A model generated the notes under the pieces. The model was not told the DNA's origin, made no database searches, and saw only the letters and a list, made by a program, of their open reading frames with translations. A stretch of 64,000 nt of DNA from Octopus vulgaris. Taxonomy: Eukaryota. The stretch lies in the NCBI GenBank assembly GCA_951406725.2, contig OX597828.1, positions 37,262,001-37,326,000 on the forward strand. The letters run 5' to 3'. The translations under genes were made by a program, and so were the position numbers. How positions within the stretch are numbered: position 1 is the first letter of the stretch; each line of letters starts with the position of its first letter. Of this stretch, positions 28,337 to 41,629 are shown one piece after another.

Positions 28337-28675
28337 CATATATTTGTCTAAATATATATATGTATTGTGAATGTATATGTGTGTGTATATCTATGTACTT
28401 ATATAATCATGTATTTACGTGTGTGTGTATACACAGACACACGTATGCACAGACGCACATACCTCTATGTGTATATCCGTTTCTAAATGCTTCTATGCAT
28501 GAGGATGAATAATTTTTACATACTCGTAGATATATATACATATATATACATATTCACATACACATATATGTATATATGCGTATGTGCATGCATCTACATC
28601 TGCATATCTGTGTGTATGTGTATATATATATATATATCATTACGTACATACAAACATATATATGTATATTTATGT

Positions 28676-28736
<61 letters not shown>

Positions 28737-29068
28737 CATATATATATATGTATATATGCATCCATGTACATATGTGTGTATGTGTGCATTTATACCTGTA
28801 AAAGTATGAGTATCGAAAAGCTACTGTATTTTATACTTTTGTGTATAGATGTGTATAAATATGTGTATGTATGTGAATGTGCGTTTATTTTATCCACTGA
28901 AAACCTATGAGTGTGTATTTGTCTTGAACTAAATCTGTTATGACGTAGTATATATTTTCATACTCCTCACGAACACGTAGTGAGACACATCACCCTATTA
29001 ACAACAACTTTTATATATATTGTAGAGAAGTGCACGCACTGTTATCGAAGCTTGTGAATGAACGCAAA

Positions 29069-29330
29069 GGCGCTGAGCTAGCAGAATCTTTAGCACGCCG
29101 GACAAAATACTTATTGGCATGTCATCCGTCTCTATGTCCTGAGGCCGACTTTTTCTTTAATCCCGAGGTTGATAAAACATGTACCAATTGAACTGAATCG
29201 TTAGCACGCCGTTAGCATTCCGAGAGAAATTTGCAGTATTTCGCCCGTCCCCACATTGTGAGTTCAAATTCCAACGTGTTCGACTTTACCCCTTTCTCGA
29301 AATTACTGTCCTTGCGCCAAAATTTGTGAC
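29069..29330 (+). mobile_element. SINE family B, degenerate with duplicated head
   Basis: GGCGCTGAGCTAGCAGAATC.TTAGCACGCCG and GAGTTCAAATTCC. Confidence 0.65.
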
Positions 29331-30210
29331 CAATATTTATATAAACTCTATATAAGCACATTGGTATATGAAGAAATGTCAAACTATTAACAAATATATT
29401 TATCTAAATATTAAGACGCCTTACTGTGAAAGAAATATATGTATGTAAACACGTTCCATTTATGCTTTTGATGTATAGCAACATGACTAGTATGTTTCCT
29501 GATTCACCGTCTCACGTTATGTTGAATGATCGTCAGGGAAAACCTTCCCGGTTTCCGCCTCCAGTCAATAGTGTAGAATATTTAGCACTATATACATCAA
29601 TTAGGCATTCATCGTAGTGAATAGCCTAAATAGAGACATTTCAGATTATTATCAAGTATATTTATGTATACTCCAGTGAATAAACATCAGGATTTATTAG
29701 GTTATTATCAAATATATTCATGGACATTTTGCATGAATACACATATAGATAGGAACTTGTTGACGTAGCTTATTATCTTTTATATTCGTAAATACACTTC
29801 ATGGGGAGATACAGAGAGAGAAAGAGAGAAGAAGATGGAGAGAGTGTGCGTGTGAGTGAAAGAGTGGGAGAAATGAGAAAGAAAGAGAAAGGGAGAGAGA
29901 GACCATCTGTACACCAACTGATTACAGAGATAGCAACGTTAGCCTGTAACAAATTTATCCATATCCCTTAAGTTGTCACACAAAATGAGATCAGCCAATT
30001 AGCAAATAAATTCACTTATAATCCATAGGATAAATGCGATGAGACGCAGCCTATTAACACACACAAACACACGCACACACACACGTACATATGTTTGTAT
30101 ATCAGAAAGAAGTGTGGTATCCATTTAACAAATCAAATAACCGATATTTTACATGAGTATGGAATGACAAACTGTATTCCATATGAGACTACACAGGTAG
30201 AGAATCCTGC

Positions 30211-30259
<49 letters not shown>

Positions 30260-30433
30260 TATGTGGGCACAGGACGTCATGAAACGTGTACAACAAAAAA
30301 AATACGAAGTATGAGTACATGGAATATGAACTATTTTTTCGAACAACGAAAGACACAAATGGAAAACAAGACAAACAACACAAAGAACGACCCTCCATCA
30401 GTTGTTGGCTGTTTTTCTACTCTCGTATTTCAA

Positions 30434-30454
<21 letters not shown>

Positions 30455-30466
<12 letters not shown>

Positions 30467-30680
30467 CAGGATTTTCCATTGCACCTAGAAAGTTCACCTC
30501 CGAGGTACAAGACCGGACAGGGTGTTTGTGGAAGACCAGCAGTCTCCCATTCATACCAGTCTCCCCTCTGCATACCACTGATGTTATCCAAGGGAAACCC
30601 AAAGGGGCCGATACAACTCGGCACCAGTGATGTCACAACTCATTTCTACAACTGAGTGAACCGGATCAACGTGAAATAAT
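30455..30680 (-). mobile_element. SINE fragment sharing its central domain with 1631-1890
   Basis: Minus strand TTATTTCACGTTGATCCGGTTCACTCAGTTGTAGAAATGAGT matches 1735-1775. Confidence 0.65.
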
Positions 30681-30799
30681 GATACACAGAATCGGTATCT
30701 ACCATTCTCGGTCATCCGAAGCGAGTTGGCTCATTTGGTCATTGGGTCATTCGGTTTCCTTTAACACTCGCCGTCGTGTAGGGAACTTCCCTGGATGCT

Positions 30800-31133
30800 G
30801 GGAAGCACTCCGTCGGTTACGACGACGAGGGTCCCGGTTGATCCGAATCAACGGAACAGCCTGCTCGTGAAATTAACGTGTAAGTGGCTGAGCACTCCAC
30901 AGACACGTGTACCCTTAACGTAGTTCTCGGGGATATTCAGCGTGACACAGAGAGTGACAAGGCCGGCCCTTTGAAATACAGGTACAACAGAAACAGGAAG
31001 TAAGAGTGAGAGAAAGTTGTGGCGAAAGAGTACAGCAGGGATCACCACCATCCCCTGCCGGAGCCTCGTGGAGCTTTAGGTGTTTTCGCTCAATAAACAC
31101 TTACAACGCCCGGTCTGGGAATCGAAACCGCCA
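30800..31133 (-). mobile_element. SINE family C, 5'-truncated, with 10-bp TSD
   Basis: The minus strand begins near the B-box GGTTTCGATTCCCAGACCGGGCG. It is flanked by the direct repeat CCTGGATGCT (30790-30799, 31134-31143). A related tail fragment lies at about 52005-52120. Confidence 0.8.
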
Positions 31134-31772
31134 CCTGGATGCTATCCAGCAGCAAACGAGCGTATACACAAAATACATACACAATGTATGTGCGTCTGAT
31201 AATATTTTATATTACAAGCGATGATTCTAATTCGTAATTTAATTTTCTCACACATGCGCCACGCCGCATCAAATCAGTAGACTTGATTTCTCTTTCTATA
31301 TTTATTTCTATATTGATTTCGTGTCTAGGTGATCATAGTACATGGTATTGATAAACCACAATTTAGCGAAATATCTATATATCACATTCTCCGTCATCTG
31401 GGCGAGTGCCTCGCCTGAGCTGGTGCATTCGCTGGTCTTTGACACTCGGCATCGCATAGAGAACCTTTCTCTGGACGCTATCCGCGTCAAAGGAGCTTAT
31501 ATATACAAAACACATACACTACACATGTGCGACGATAACATTTACATATCTAATATATAATATACTCTACATAATATATATATATATATATATATATACG
31601 ATCATATGTAAATGCATATATATATATATGTATATATTCATGCACACACACACATATATATGTATATATACTGGAATAAGTCACACAAATGTGAAACAAA
31701 GTGGAAGAAAGAGTACTCAAATACCAGTGGTAGAGTAATATGCTTTATTTATGAGCAGCAGAAATATCACAA

Positions 31773-31816
31773 AAACTGCTACTCAGAGTTTCACGTTTCC
31801 GTTCGTCGGACAGTTT
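31773..31816 (-). ncRNA. Minimal hammerhead ribozyme motif (CCGACGA core) in a short (TA)n-embedded element 31671-31838
   Basis: AAACTGT-CCGACGA-ACG-gaaa-CGT-GAA-ACTC-t-GAGT-A-GCAGTTT: all three stems form, with a GUA cleavage triplet. Confidence 0.75.
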
Positions 31817-32341
31817 AGTTAGAGTCTAACAAAACTGTTATATATATATATATATATATAGACACACATGGAACAGTGTGTGCGCGTGATTGTATATGTG
31901 TGTATATATGTGTGTGTGTGTTTGTGCGCGTGTATGTGAGTGTGTGCATGTGTGTGTGTGCGTGTGTTTACGTGTGCGTGTGTGTGTGCGTGTGTGTGCA
32001 TAACTATTACAAGGCAAATAAGACCCGGAGTGTGATCGTTGTCAGTGTTTATCACATTTTATTCCTTTGAATTCTAACGTTTAATTTCGTTAAAGTACAA
32101 ATAGCAAGGTAGTTCATACACGCTCTCTCTCTCTCTCCCTCTCTCTCTCACTCTCTCACCCACACACACACACACTCATATACACGGAAGCATATGTCTT
32201 GCATTTCTTTCTTCACACACACACACGTACATACATACACGCACACACATTCACGATGTATTTCGTAATTGATGACTGTTACCATATGTGCTTACACGTG
32301 TGTCTACATGTTTGTGCACAGACACATACATACACACACAA

Positions 32342-32372
<31 letters not shown>

Positions 32373-32373
32373 G

Positions 32374-32406
<33 letters not shown>

Positions 32407-32410
32407 TATG

Positions 32411-32449
<39 letters not shown>

Positions 32450-33055
32450 GTATGTATATATATGGTCATACGTATCTGTATGTGTGTGTCTGTACGTTTG
32501 TATGTGTGTGTATGTGTGTATGCATGTGTGTGTGTCTATTTAGTGTTTATGGCTAATGCAATAAACATTTATTGAAACCGAGAAAGAAAAATAAATAAAA
32601 ACAAAAGCGAAAACACCCCCCCACTACCAAAAACACCCCCCTAAAAAAAGAAGCAAGAAAAAAAGAAAAAAGAAAAAGAAAACAAAAGCAAGCAAAATAC
32701 AGAGCAATAAAGCAATACAGAAATAAGTGGAAAAAAGAAAACTATATCATTAAATAAGAAATAGATCAATAATCGATACCGAAAATGTTCCAAACTACCA
32801 ATTTATCACTTTTCTATCAATATGGATCAAAATCACTGTTGATAATTACTTTGAGATTAGCCATCAGTTCTAAAACTGATGTCTATCACATTCTTACTCT
32901 CCCCGCTTCTCTCCATTTCTCTGTTTGACTCTTTCTCTCTCTCTCCTCTCTTTTTCCTCCTACCACTGCTTTCGTTCTTTAGTTTCCATCCTCCTCCTGT
33001 TCCTCCTCTGAATCGTTCTCCATGTCATATCTTAGCGCACAGTCTGAAAGATCGC

Positions 33056-33056
<1 letters not shown>

Positions 33057-33098
<42 letters not shown>

Positions 33099-33137
33099 TG
33101 TTTGTTTCTTTCTTTCTTTCTTTGTTTCTTTCTTTTT

Positions 33138-33202
<65 letters not shown>

Positions 33203-33211
33203 TTTCTTTCT

Positions 33212-33259
<48 letters not shown>

Positions 33260-33286
33260 TCCTTCTTTCCTTCTTTCTTTCTTTCT
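33057..33286. repeat. (TTTC)n microsatellite
   Basis: Directly visible. Confidence 0.95.
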
Positions 33287-34634
33287 ATTTCGTTCGTTCT
33301 TCGTCTTTGAAACCAGCAACTGCTGTCCATCACACTGCTAACTTGTCAATCACCATTGAAAGCGATCGGATGTCAAGACGGCGACCACCACCACCACCAC
33401 CACCACCACCACCTACAATAGAAGCTTCAAACGTGACGCAGTTACACACACCCCTATAATACCATCGGTATATTTGGAAAGGTCCACTGGCCCCTTCTGG
33501 AATTACGTCCCCCCACATTTTGCTTTCTACAAATTGACCAATCCACGGCTAGCGTCTCAAAAGCCTTTAGGAATGATTTCGATTTTCTAGAAATAACAGC
33601 CAAATCACTTAAAAATAACGCCATATCGTGTACGAAAGAAAAAAAAGATTAAAGAAGCTGAACATTCAGTAATGTAGTCTTAGATACACTATTCCACAAA
33701 GGAAGTCAGATTTGTCCCGACTGGAACGCGTTGTTTTAACAACAACAACAACAACTACTACTACTACTACTACAGCCCCTGCAAACACCTTCCACCCACC
33801 TCAAACATATATACTTCACAGGCACAACCCTTCTACCCCACCGTCTCTTTTTATCTCTGTCGCTCTCTCGATCATATTTTGGTTAGTGCCACTCGCTCAG
33901 CCATTATCTTCTTTCCAAACAAGGCTGCCACACCACCTCCGCTGATCGCCAAAGCCTGAAACCACCACCGCCAGCACTACCACCACCGCTGCTGCCGCCG
34001 CCGCACTATTACCGCCTCCGCCTCTAATTATTTCTATAACAGCTATAATAGAAGTGTTATATTTGGAAACGCTAATAATTATTCATAGGCTGTTTTACTT
34101 TCATTTTCATTTTCATTATTTTTTTATATTTTGGCATTTTTGTCCATATTTGTTTTTCTTTTGTAATGATGATTTATAGATTAAATGAAAGTGGTGTAAC
34201 GGTATTTAAGACCGTTAAGAACCGTTGACTGACTGACTGGTTGGCTGGCTGGTTGGCTGGTTGGCTGGCTGGTTGGCTGACTGTCTGGCTGGCTGGCTCG
34301 TAGGTTGGTTGGTTGGTTGGTGGGTTTGGTTGTTATTTAAGTGCAGTATGTGATTGCTTAAAGAAGCAGCAACAGCAACGGGAGTAGTAACAACACAACA
34401 ACAACTGCCATCGCAGCAACAGCAGCAGTAGCAGCAGAACTGGTTGCACCAGCAGCAACGGCAGCAGTATCAGCTGTAGTAGTATTGATAACATGAAATG
34501 TTTGAGAATGAAACGGACTCTTATCTATTTATTCTATCTTAACTAACGCTACGATCTATCCATGAAACTGCTCACGCGCACAGCAGGCACGACATCAATC
34601 ACTTGCATACACGCATATTTACAAACCATACCCA

Positions 34635-34671
<37 letters not shown>

Positions 34672-34677
34672 CTGGTT

Positions 34678-34713
<36 letters not shown>

Positions 34714-34782
34714 TATTTAAGTAGTTGAATGAATTATCTTAGTATGGATAATTCAGTTAACCGATACCTGGGTAGCAAATTC

Positions 34783-34838
34783 ACGTCAGAAAAATACGGT
34801 TGAAGCTACATGTAGCTTCAACCGTGTTTTTCTGACGT
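34783..34838. repeat. 56-bp spacerless palindrome with one mismatch
   Basis: ACGTCAGAAAAATACGGTTGAAGCTACA|TGTAGCTTCAACCGTGTTTTTCTGACGT. Confidence 0.95.
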
Positions 34839-34895
34839 ATATATATATATATATATTATATATATTATATATATATATATTATATATTATATATA

Positions 34896-34959
<64 letters not shown>

Positions 34960-34983
34960 ATATACGTGTCCGTGTGTGTATGT

Positions 34984-35661
34984 ATTAGGTTGGTGTATAA
35001 TTATTGCGACTTTTTTTCAACAAATTTTACTCAACAAAAAACAAAAACAACTCTTTTACTCTTTTACTTCTTTCTGTCGTTCGTTTGACTGTGGCCATGC
35101 TGGAGCCCCGCTTTGAGTCGAGCAAATCGACACCGGCACTTATTCTTTGTAAGCCTAGTACTTATTTTAGCGGTCTCTTTTGCCAAACCGCTAAGTTACG
35201 GGGACGTAAACATACCAGCACCAGTTGTCAAGCGATGTTGGGGAGGGGGAACAAACAGACACACAAAAATATGCACACACATACGTATATATATGCATAT
35301 ATACGACAAGCTTATTTCAGTTTCCGTCCACCAAATCTACTCACAAGGCTTTGGTTTGCCCGAGACTATAGTAGAAGATACTGGGCCAAGTTGCCACATA
35401 GTGGGACTGAACCCGGAACAATGTGGTTCGTAAACAAGCTACTTACCACACAGCCACTCCTATGCTTGTAGGAGTGTAACAAAAACATCTTCAAATGATT
35501 ATTTCGGAGCATATTCACCATCTACTTCAATTACTACCTCCATTTCCTTGGCAGGTGCCAGACCGTCATTTAAAGATGTTTTTGTTCAATATTGTTATTA
35601 TTGTCTTTGTTGAATAAAATTTGTTGGAAAAAAGCCGCAATAATTATGCACCAACCCAATA
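34984..35661. mobile_element. Mariner-type MITE interrupted by a SINE
   Basis: TIRs TA-TTAGGTTGGTGTATAATTATTGCG / CGCAATAATTATGCACCAACCCAA-TA, similar to the Hsmar1/MADE1 TIR. A family A SINE is inserted at about 35051-35463. Confidence 0.85.
35051..35463 (-). mobile_element. SINE family A nested in the MITE
   Basis: Reverse complement of the 8367 copy. Confidence 0.9.
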
Positions 35662-36217
35662 TATATGTATGTATAATTGATGTATGTATATGACTAGTCT
35701 TAATTTTTGGGATCGGCCAGAGAAGATGAAGCTATTCCCTTCGAACCCTTACGTGAGCGCTTTATCATTTGCATAATGGGTGAAGTAGTCCATCAACATT
35801 TCTCTTAGGATAATGGCATGAATTTTCGAATTCATCCAAGGCTGCGTTCTTGTGTCACCCGTCCTGTCCAAAATTCATTCTAGCCTAACATCTGAGACAA
35901 CTGTTCCACCTCAACTGTCCTCGTTACAGATTTCCAGGATGAATAGCTTCTGCAAATTGAAAATAAGTGATCCGGATATATCTCTACAGAAAATAACTCG
36001 AGTGGAATAGGCTATGGTGCTCAAAATATGACTGCAATGCGAAACATCATCAAACGTATTTCATCTCTCTCGCTCTCCACACACACAAACATGCGCACAC
36101 ATATCCACATGTGTATATGTATATGTATATATATAAACGCACACATACACACATTCACATATACATATACACACACTCACATATATATATTACCAAGAAA
36201 ATATTTCGTTATTCTAC

Positions 36218-36349
<132 letters not shown>

Positions 36350-36407
36350 TAACAGAATGAGATAAAAAAAACAAGACTGTGAAAGATTTCAGAACATTTA
36401 TAAAGAG

Positions 36408-36455
36408 GCCTTACAGCTGTTTCCGGGATATTTTATATATCCTTTCATCGGAGAC
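36408..36455 (-). ncRNA. Minimal hammerhead motif (CCGATGA core) in (TA)n-embedded element 36346-36660
   Basis: GTCT-CCGATGA-aa-GGATAT-ataaa-ATATCC-cg-GAA-ACAGCTGT-A-AGGC, with a palindromic stem III and a GUA triplet. Confidence 0.7.
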
Positions 36456-36655
36456 GGTGCGAGAAGATGGTTAAGCAATAGTTATTCTAGAGAAGATATG
36501 AAATACAGAGCGAAGTGGAGGAATGAAAACAGACGTGAGATATGCAGGGATATTGTATCTGCAGTTCCATTATTTAAGCAGAATGGTATACATATAAGTT
36601 TCCTCTACCTTGTGTGTGAGTTACAATAGTATTTAAAATTGGTCATTCCAAGAAT

Positions 36656-36719
<64 letters not shown>

Positions 36720-37547
36720 AAACACGCGGAAAACCAATAAGAGAGATTATTTTATGGTTATACTTTTACCCAGAAAAGTGTATGGGCGACTGAGTGTGTA
36801 TGTGTGTGCGTATTTGTATGTACGCAAATGAGATTCTGCATGTTTAATCTATGCATGTGTGTATATATACATATATATATACATATGTGTATATACACAC
36901 ACACACAAACATACACACACATATGACATATAAGCACGCGCGTGTGCATATATGTATACACCTGTTTTATAAACTTGTGTTTAAAATCTTTTTGTTTACA
37001 ATTCTATCCTATGTGTTAGCGTGTACGTACTGATATAATTATCAGTTTCTTTTGAAGAACCACTGTACTTGATGGAAAGATAAAAATATATGTACTATCT
37101 TGATATTGTAGCATTCATAATTTTTCTAAACCTATTTGCGTTCTACATTAAGTGTAAAAACTATTCATCTCTCCGACAACGAAATATTTGTGCCTGTGAG
37201 TATACGTAACTGTGCGTCTATGTTGTTTTGTGTGTATGTGTGTGTTTGCATTTGTGGCTGTGTAGATACTGTTGCGATTCACTCAGATGCATTCATTTCT
37301 CATGCGATTTAATTTGCAAAACTTTCCATCATAATGAGAGATTCCAGCAATGTCTCTTAATACCTATTTTTATAGTATAATTCAGCGTTTTCTCTCTCCC
37401 TATCACTCTCTCTCCCTCTGTCTCTCACACACACACATATATACACATACACATACACACTCCCACAAATCCGTACACACACACATACACACACACACAT
37501 ACACACACACACACACACACACATATATGTATGTATGTATATATATA

Positions 37548-37697
37548 CGAGGGTAAGTACATTAATGCGAAACAAGGTGGAAAACATAGTACTTGTATAC
37601 CAGAGGTAGAGTAATATGCTTTATTAAAAAGAAGCAAAAACATCACAGAAAATATCACAACGGATTTTATATGTTTGCTGCTTTTTAATAAAGTATA
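37548..37697. mobile_element. Fragment of the 31671 family ending in a fold-back
   Basis: GAAACAAGGTGGAA...ATACCAGAGGTAGAGTAATATGCTTTATT is shared with 31693-31750. The inverted repeat is TATGCTTTATTAAAAAGAAGCAAAAACAT / ATGTTTGCTGCTTTTTAATAAAGTATA. Confidence 0.7.
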
Positions 37698-37705
37698 TGT
37701 ATATG

Positions 37706-37791
<86 letters not shown>

Positions 37792-37794
<3 letters not shown>

Positions 37795-37980
37795 GGAAAG
37801 TTTACGAAAAAAAAAACAAAAGACGAAGACAGGTGGTGTACAAAACAAACTGATGTATTTGTATAAATCTCAGAAACAGAAGATGTCTTTTATGTTTCGA
37901 GCCTACGCTCTTCTACAGAAAGGGACACAGAAAACAAGGTGAGAAAAAAATGTGTGTAGTGGCTAACGATCTATCATGGC

Positions 37981-37985
<5 letters not shown>
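37792..37985 (-). mobile_element. Family H1 copy with variant hammerhead (37885-37926), inside (TA)n
   Basis: Homologous to 7833-8040. Confidence 0.75.
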
Positions 37986-38019
<34 letters not shown>

Positions 38020-38039
38020 AATGTGACAATTGTTCGGTA

Positions 38040-38109
38040 GCCATGATAAAACTCCGAGTTTCGGATGCTGAGGTGGAAAACCACACCCCCATCTCTTCAG
38101 TTATATGGC
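38040..38109 (-). ncRNA. Hammerhead motif with canonical core in (TA)n-embedded element 38017-38182
   Basis: GCCAT-ATAA-CTGAAGA-GATG...CATC-c-GAA-ACTC-g-GAGT-T-TTAT-c-ATGGC. Confidence 0.75.
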
Positions 38110-38179
38110 CACAGATAAATTCCTATATTTACATAATATCGAGGTCTCTTTCATTCTTTTGTTGTCTTACCAATTTTAT

Positions 38180-38227
<48 letters not shown>

Positions 38228-38229
<2 letters not shown>

Positions 38230-39053
38230 AGCACTACTTCCACCATGCTGTTGATGTAAGCCTTCGTGATTAGTGTGAGGCTGTGTGGAAATTTGAATGG
38301 AGGGATAACGTCGCCATCACTAGTGATCACTCCAACACTATGATGTTGACTGGATGTTTGATCTTTATCACTCACTGTACATGTTTTGGGGACACGTCAA
38401 GCCAAAGGTTGTGTGTGTTCACCACCTGATTCTGTCAAAAATGTTTCTCGTGTGAGAAAAACCAAAGTATGTTTGGTTAGAGGGAATCCTTGAGTTTCTT
38501 CAGAAGCTTCGTAGCGCCGTCTTTCCTCTTGTCCTTGATGGCTTGGGTAAAACATTGGCCCTTTCTCATCTTGTATGAGGAATAATGAATGTCTTCGTGC
38601 ACTACCTGCCTGATAAGAAATTCAGACATCCCTATGTCCCTGGCAATGGACGACATTGACTTGGAGGGGTCGTTGTCAATCATAACCTGGATCTCACCAA
38701 CAATTTCAAGTGTTCTTTTCTTATCAGGACAATCAAAGGGAGTTTTCCAAGCTGCCGTACCTTCATAATCACCATTACACTGATCCAACTCTTTCTGAAT
38801 CCTCTGCACTGTCCTGAGATTGACACCCAAACGCTCCGAAATGTTCGTATTGGAGCTTCCGGCGCGAATGCCAAGCAGTATTGTATGTCGTTTCCAAATT
38901 TCTGGCAGAGTGTATTGCGTCATGGTGCTGTTCTTCTCATAGACGGTGCCCAACTGATCCTACTATACTGTGGAGTCGACAAAATTAAAACAAACAATGC
39001 GTATGTGCAAAATTATAAATATGAAATGGCAATAATTTACCCATCGCTCCCTG
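38228..39053 (-). mobile_element. Decayed Tc1/mariner (maT/DD37D-like) transposon, 5' part
   Basis: ORF 38477-38953 has a paired HTH (ISERLGVNLRTVQRI; DPSKSMSSIARDIGMSEFLIRQVVHED), followed out of frame by WFFS.EK and GVITSDGDVIPPF. One end reads TA|CAGGGAGCGATGGGTAAATTATTGCC. It is truncated at a (TA)n tract. Confidence 0.85.
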
Positions 39054-39184
39054 TATATGTTAAATATGTATATATATGTAATTTTTTCTTGTTACGTTTC
39101 TGTCCAAGGACGGAGGCCATGTTGGAGGAACACCGTTTACTTTGCTACACTTTCACTAAACCTCCTCTGGTGTGTGACATTCAG

Positions 39185-39500
39185 TAGATGAGGAAGTTTG
39201 ATGTTGATTCCCTCATCTGTGTTTCTTGCCTTCAGGTAAGTTCATCCGGAACTCTTGAGAGAAGGAGATCCAGTTTTGTTTAGAAAAAGCCTACATTCAC
39301 GCTATGCAGGTCTCTTAGGCTTTGAAAAATGATATTGAAGAGATGTAGGCTTTTAACGTCCAAGCTGTTGCAGTATCTGGTTCTTTATCCTGATGACAGT
39401 GTTGAGATTTTTGGTACTGCGTAGTGAGACGCCGTCATGCTGTGTATTTAACCGACGATTCCAAAGTTCGGCACATTTTCTAGGGTTAACCTGATGTAGA
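39185..39500 (-). mobile_element. CR1-group LINE 3' remnant
   Basis: Peptides ENVPNFGI and SLRDLHSVNVGFF*TKLDLLLSRVPDELT...RESTSN resemble the FK..LD..L..VPDEP...RAA.SNSL C-terminus. Confidence 0.65.
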
Positions 39501-40111
39501 ATACTGCATATCTTTCCCGCTTTCGCTCTGGGGAGTAGAGTCATGCAGCCTAGGTAGGCAAGGTAGGCAATGCTTACCTTGAATAAAATAGATCGATAGC
39601 AGCATTTTTCTCTCATGAGAAAATATGCACCTAATTCAATAAAATTATGAAGGTTAGTCTGATTATTATGCGTAAAATGCAAAATGTCTTATTTTTTTGT
39701 AGATTAGATAGGTATAATTCGCCCCTACTTTTCAATCTCAGCATTTAAGCTATGCGTAGTACTGCTGTAGTACACGCACTGCGTACATTTCTACAACACC
39801 GTTTTCTTTACTTGCTATAATAGCAGAAATAGATCTGCCTTCAACTTAGTCGTGCGCGTGTGTTTCTCGTATTTTTTGTGTTTTACTACAGAAAGGTGGC
39901 CAACTGCTTACCCTGAGTAATTTCTGACGGTACGTGCCATATATATATATATATCAGAAGTTTAAGAAAGAGTGTTTGTTGACCGGTTTCGCTTTCGCTG
40001 TTCATGGCATTAAAATTTATTTAAATACGTATTTTTTAAGAAGAAATTTTTTGGTCCATGTTGTGTGAAAATTTATGAATGAATGATCCAACGAGTAGGA
40101 AACTAAGGGAG

Positions 40112-40155
<44 letters not shown>

Positions 40156-41061
40156 CACGTGTTAACATACCTTATTGATAGCGCCTTGTCGGATAGAATT
40201 CCTTGCGGCATTTGGTTCGGATCTGTTCGCTTTGGAATGAAATCTTAGTTGGAGGTGAGGCGGTAATTTTGGAACGTTTTGTCAAATGGTGTCAGTTCCG
40301 GCTCTTTGCTATTTGAGTTCGAATTCAGTATAAAAGAAAATGACACCTTATTATAATTCCATTAAGAATTCGAACAGTTCGAAATGCTGAGACTGAAGTC
40401 AATGAGTTTGCTTTAAGAAAGTTCTAATGATTTCCGGAAATAAGGGTATGTGGGGTGAGATTCCAAGAACATCCAAGAATAATGGATGTTCGGATGATAC
40501 CAAAAGACTAACGAAAAAATAATGAGCATGTGTGCGCGTGTGGTTGTATTATACATATTTACATACATATATGCTTACGCATATACATACACACACATAT
40601 ATACATACATATACACGTACATATACAAATGTATGTGATAGATATATCTTAGCACTGTATCCTTATTCTTGGATTGTATATCAGGTAGAATTTGAATAGT
40701 AAAACGTACATGTATATATTTATAAATGTGTGTGTGTGTGAATGGCAGTGTGTATGTGTATGTATATGTGTGTGAGTATGTGTGCATGTGTGTGTGAGTA
40801 TGAAGTCTCCTGATGGATAGTAAATGCAAGGGATTTAATAATTTCTTCATAATATTTGGCAGAATTTCAATTTGAAAATTGAAAGTAAGTAATTATAGGT
40901 AAACGATGCCCAGAAAACACGCTTATTGGTTTATTCATTTATTCATTGCTGTTTACTTATTACGACGTTCCTAAAATTTCTCTTCTGCGATAATCATGTA
41001 CTTCAGTCTATTATAAATCATCAGTTGGACACACATACATACACACACACACACACACACA

Positions 41062-41237
41062 TATTTCGTCTACCGCTACGTTCTGAGTCCAAATTCCGCC
41101 GAGGTCAACTTTCCCTTCATCCTTCCGGGGTCGATTAAATAAGTACCAGTTACGCACTGGAGTCGATGTAATCGTCTTAATCCCTTTGTCTGTCCTTGTT
41201 TGTCCCCTCTATGTTTAGCCCCGTGTGGGCAATAAAG

Positions 41238-41242
<5 letters not shown>
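41062..41242 (+). mobile_element. SINE family B, 5'-truncated
   Basis: Colinear with 61160-61342. Confidence 0.85.
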
Positions 41243-41290
<48 letters not shown>

Positions 41291-41291
<1 letters not shown>

Positions 41292-41532
41292 GCGGCTTTT
41301 TTCAACACGTTTTATTCAACAAAAACAATAACAATATTGAACAAAAACATCTTTAAATGATTATTCCAGAACATATTCACCATCTACTTCAATTACTGTT
41401 TCCCTTTTTCTTGACAGGCGGTTAGACCGTCATTTAAAGATGTTTTTGTTAATTAAATATTGTCATTAATTTTGTTGTATAAAATTTGTTTAGGGTGGAA
41501 AAAAGCCGCAATAATTATGCACCAACCCAATA
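41291..41532. mobile_element. Mariner-type MITE (same family as 34984), left TIR clipped
   Basis: Long internal inverted arms and right TIR CGCAATAATTATGCACCAACCCAATA. Confidence 0.85.
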
Positions 41533-41629
41533 TATCTTTTAATGTGTATCTTTCATTGGTTTAAGTAAGAAGTTTAGGCCATGCTGGAGTACCGTCTTTA
41601 GATTACGTGGTTTTCTTTACGTTGTTTTT

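Noticed and set aside
30263-30436. TA-embedded island with minus-strand CTGATGG
   Set aside because: I could not fold stems II and III; it is probably a truncated repeat and cannot be supported as a ribozyme.
39975-40015. Hammerhead (minus-strand GC-gaaa-GC-GAAACCGGTC)
   Set aside because: The 3' half fits, but no CUGANGA core or stem I is recognisable.
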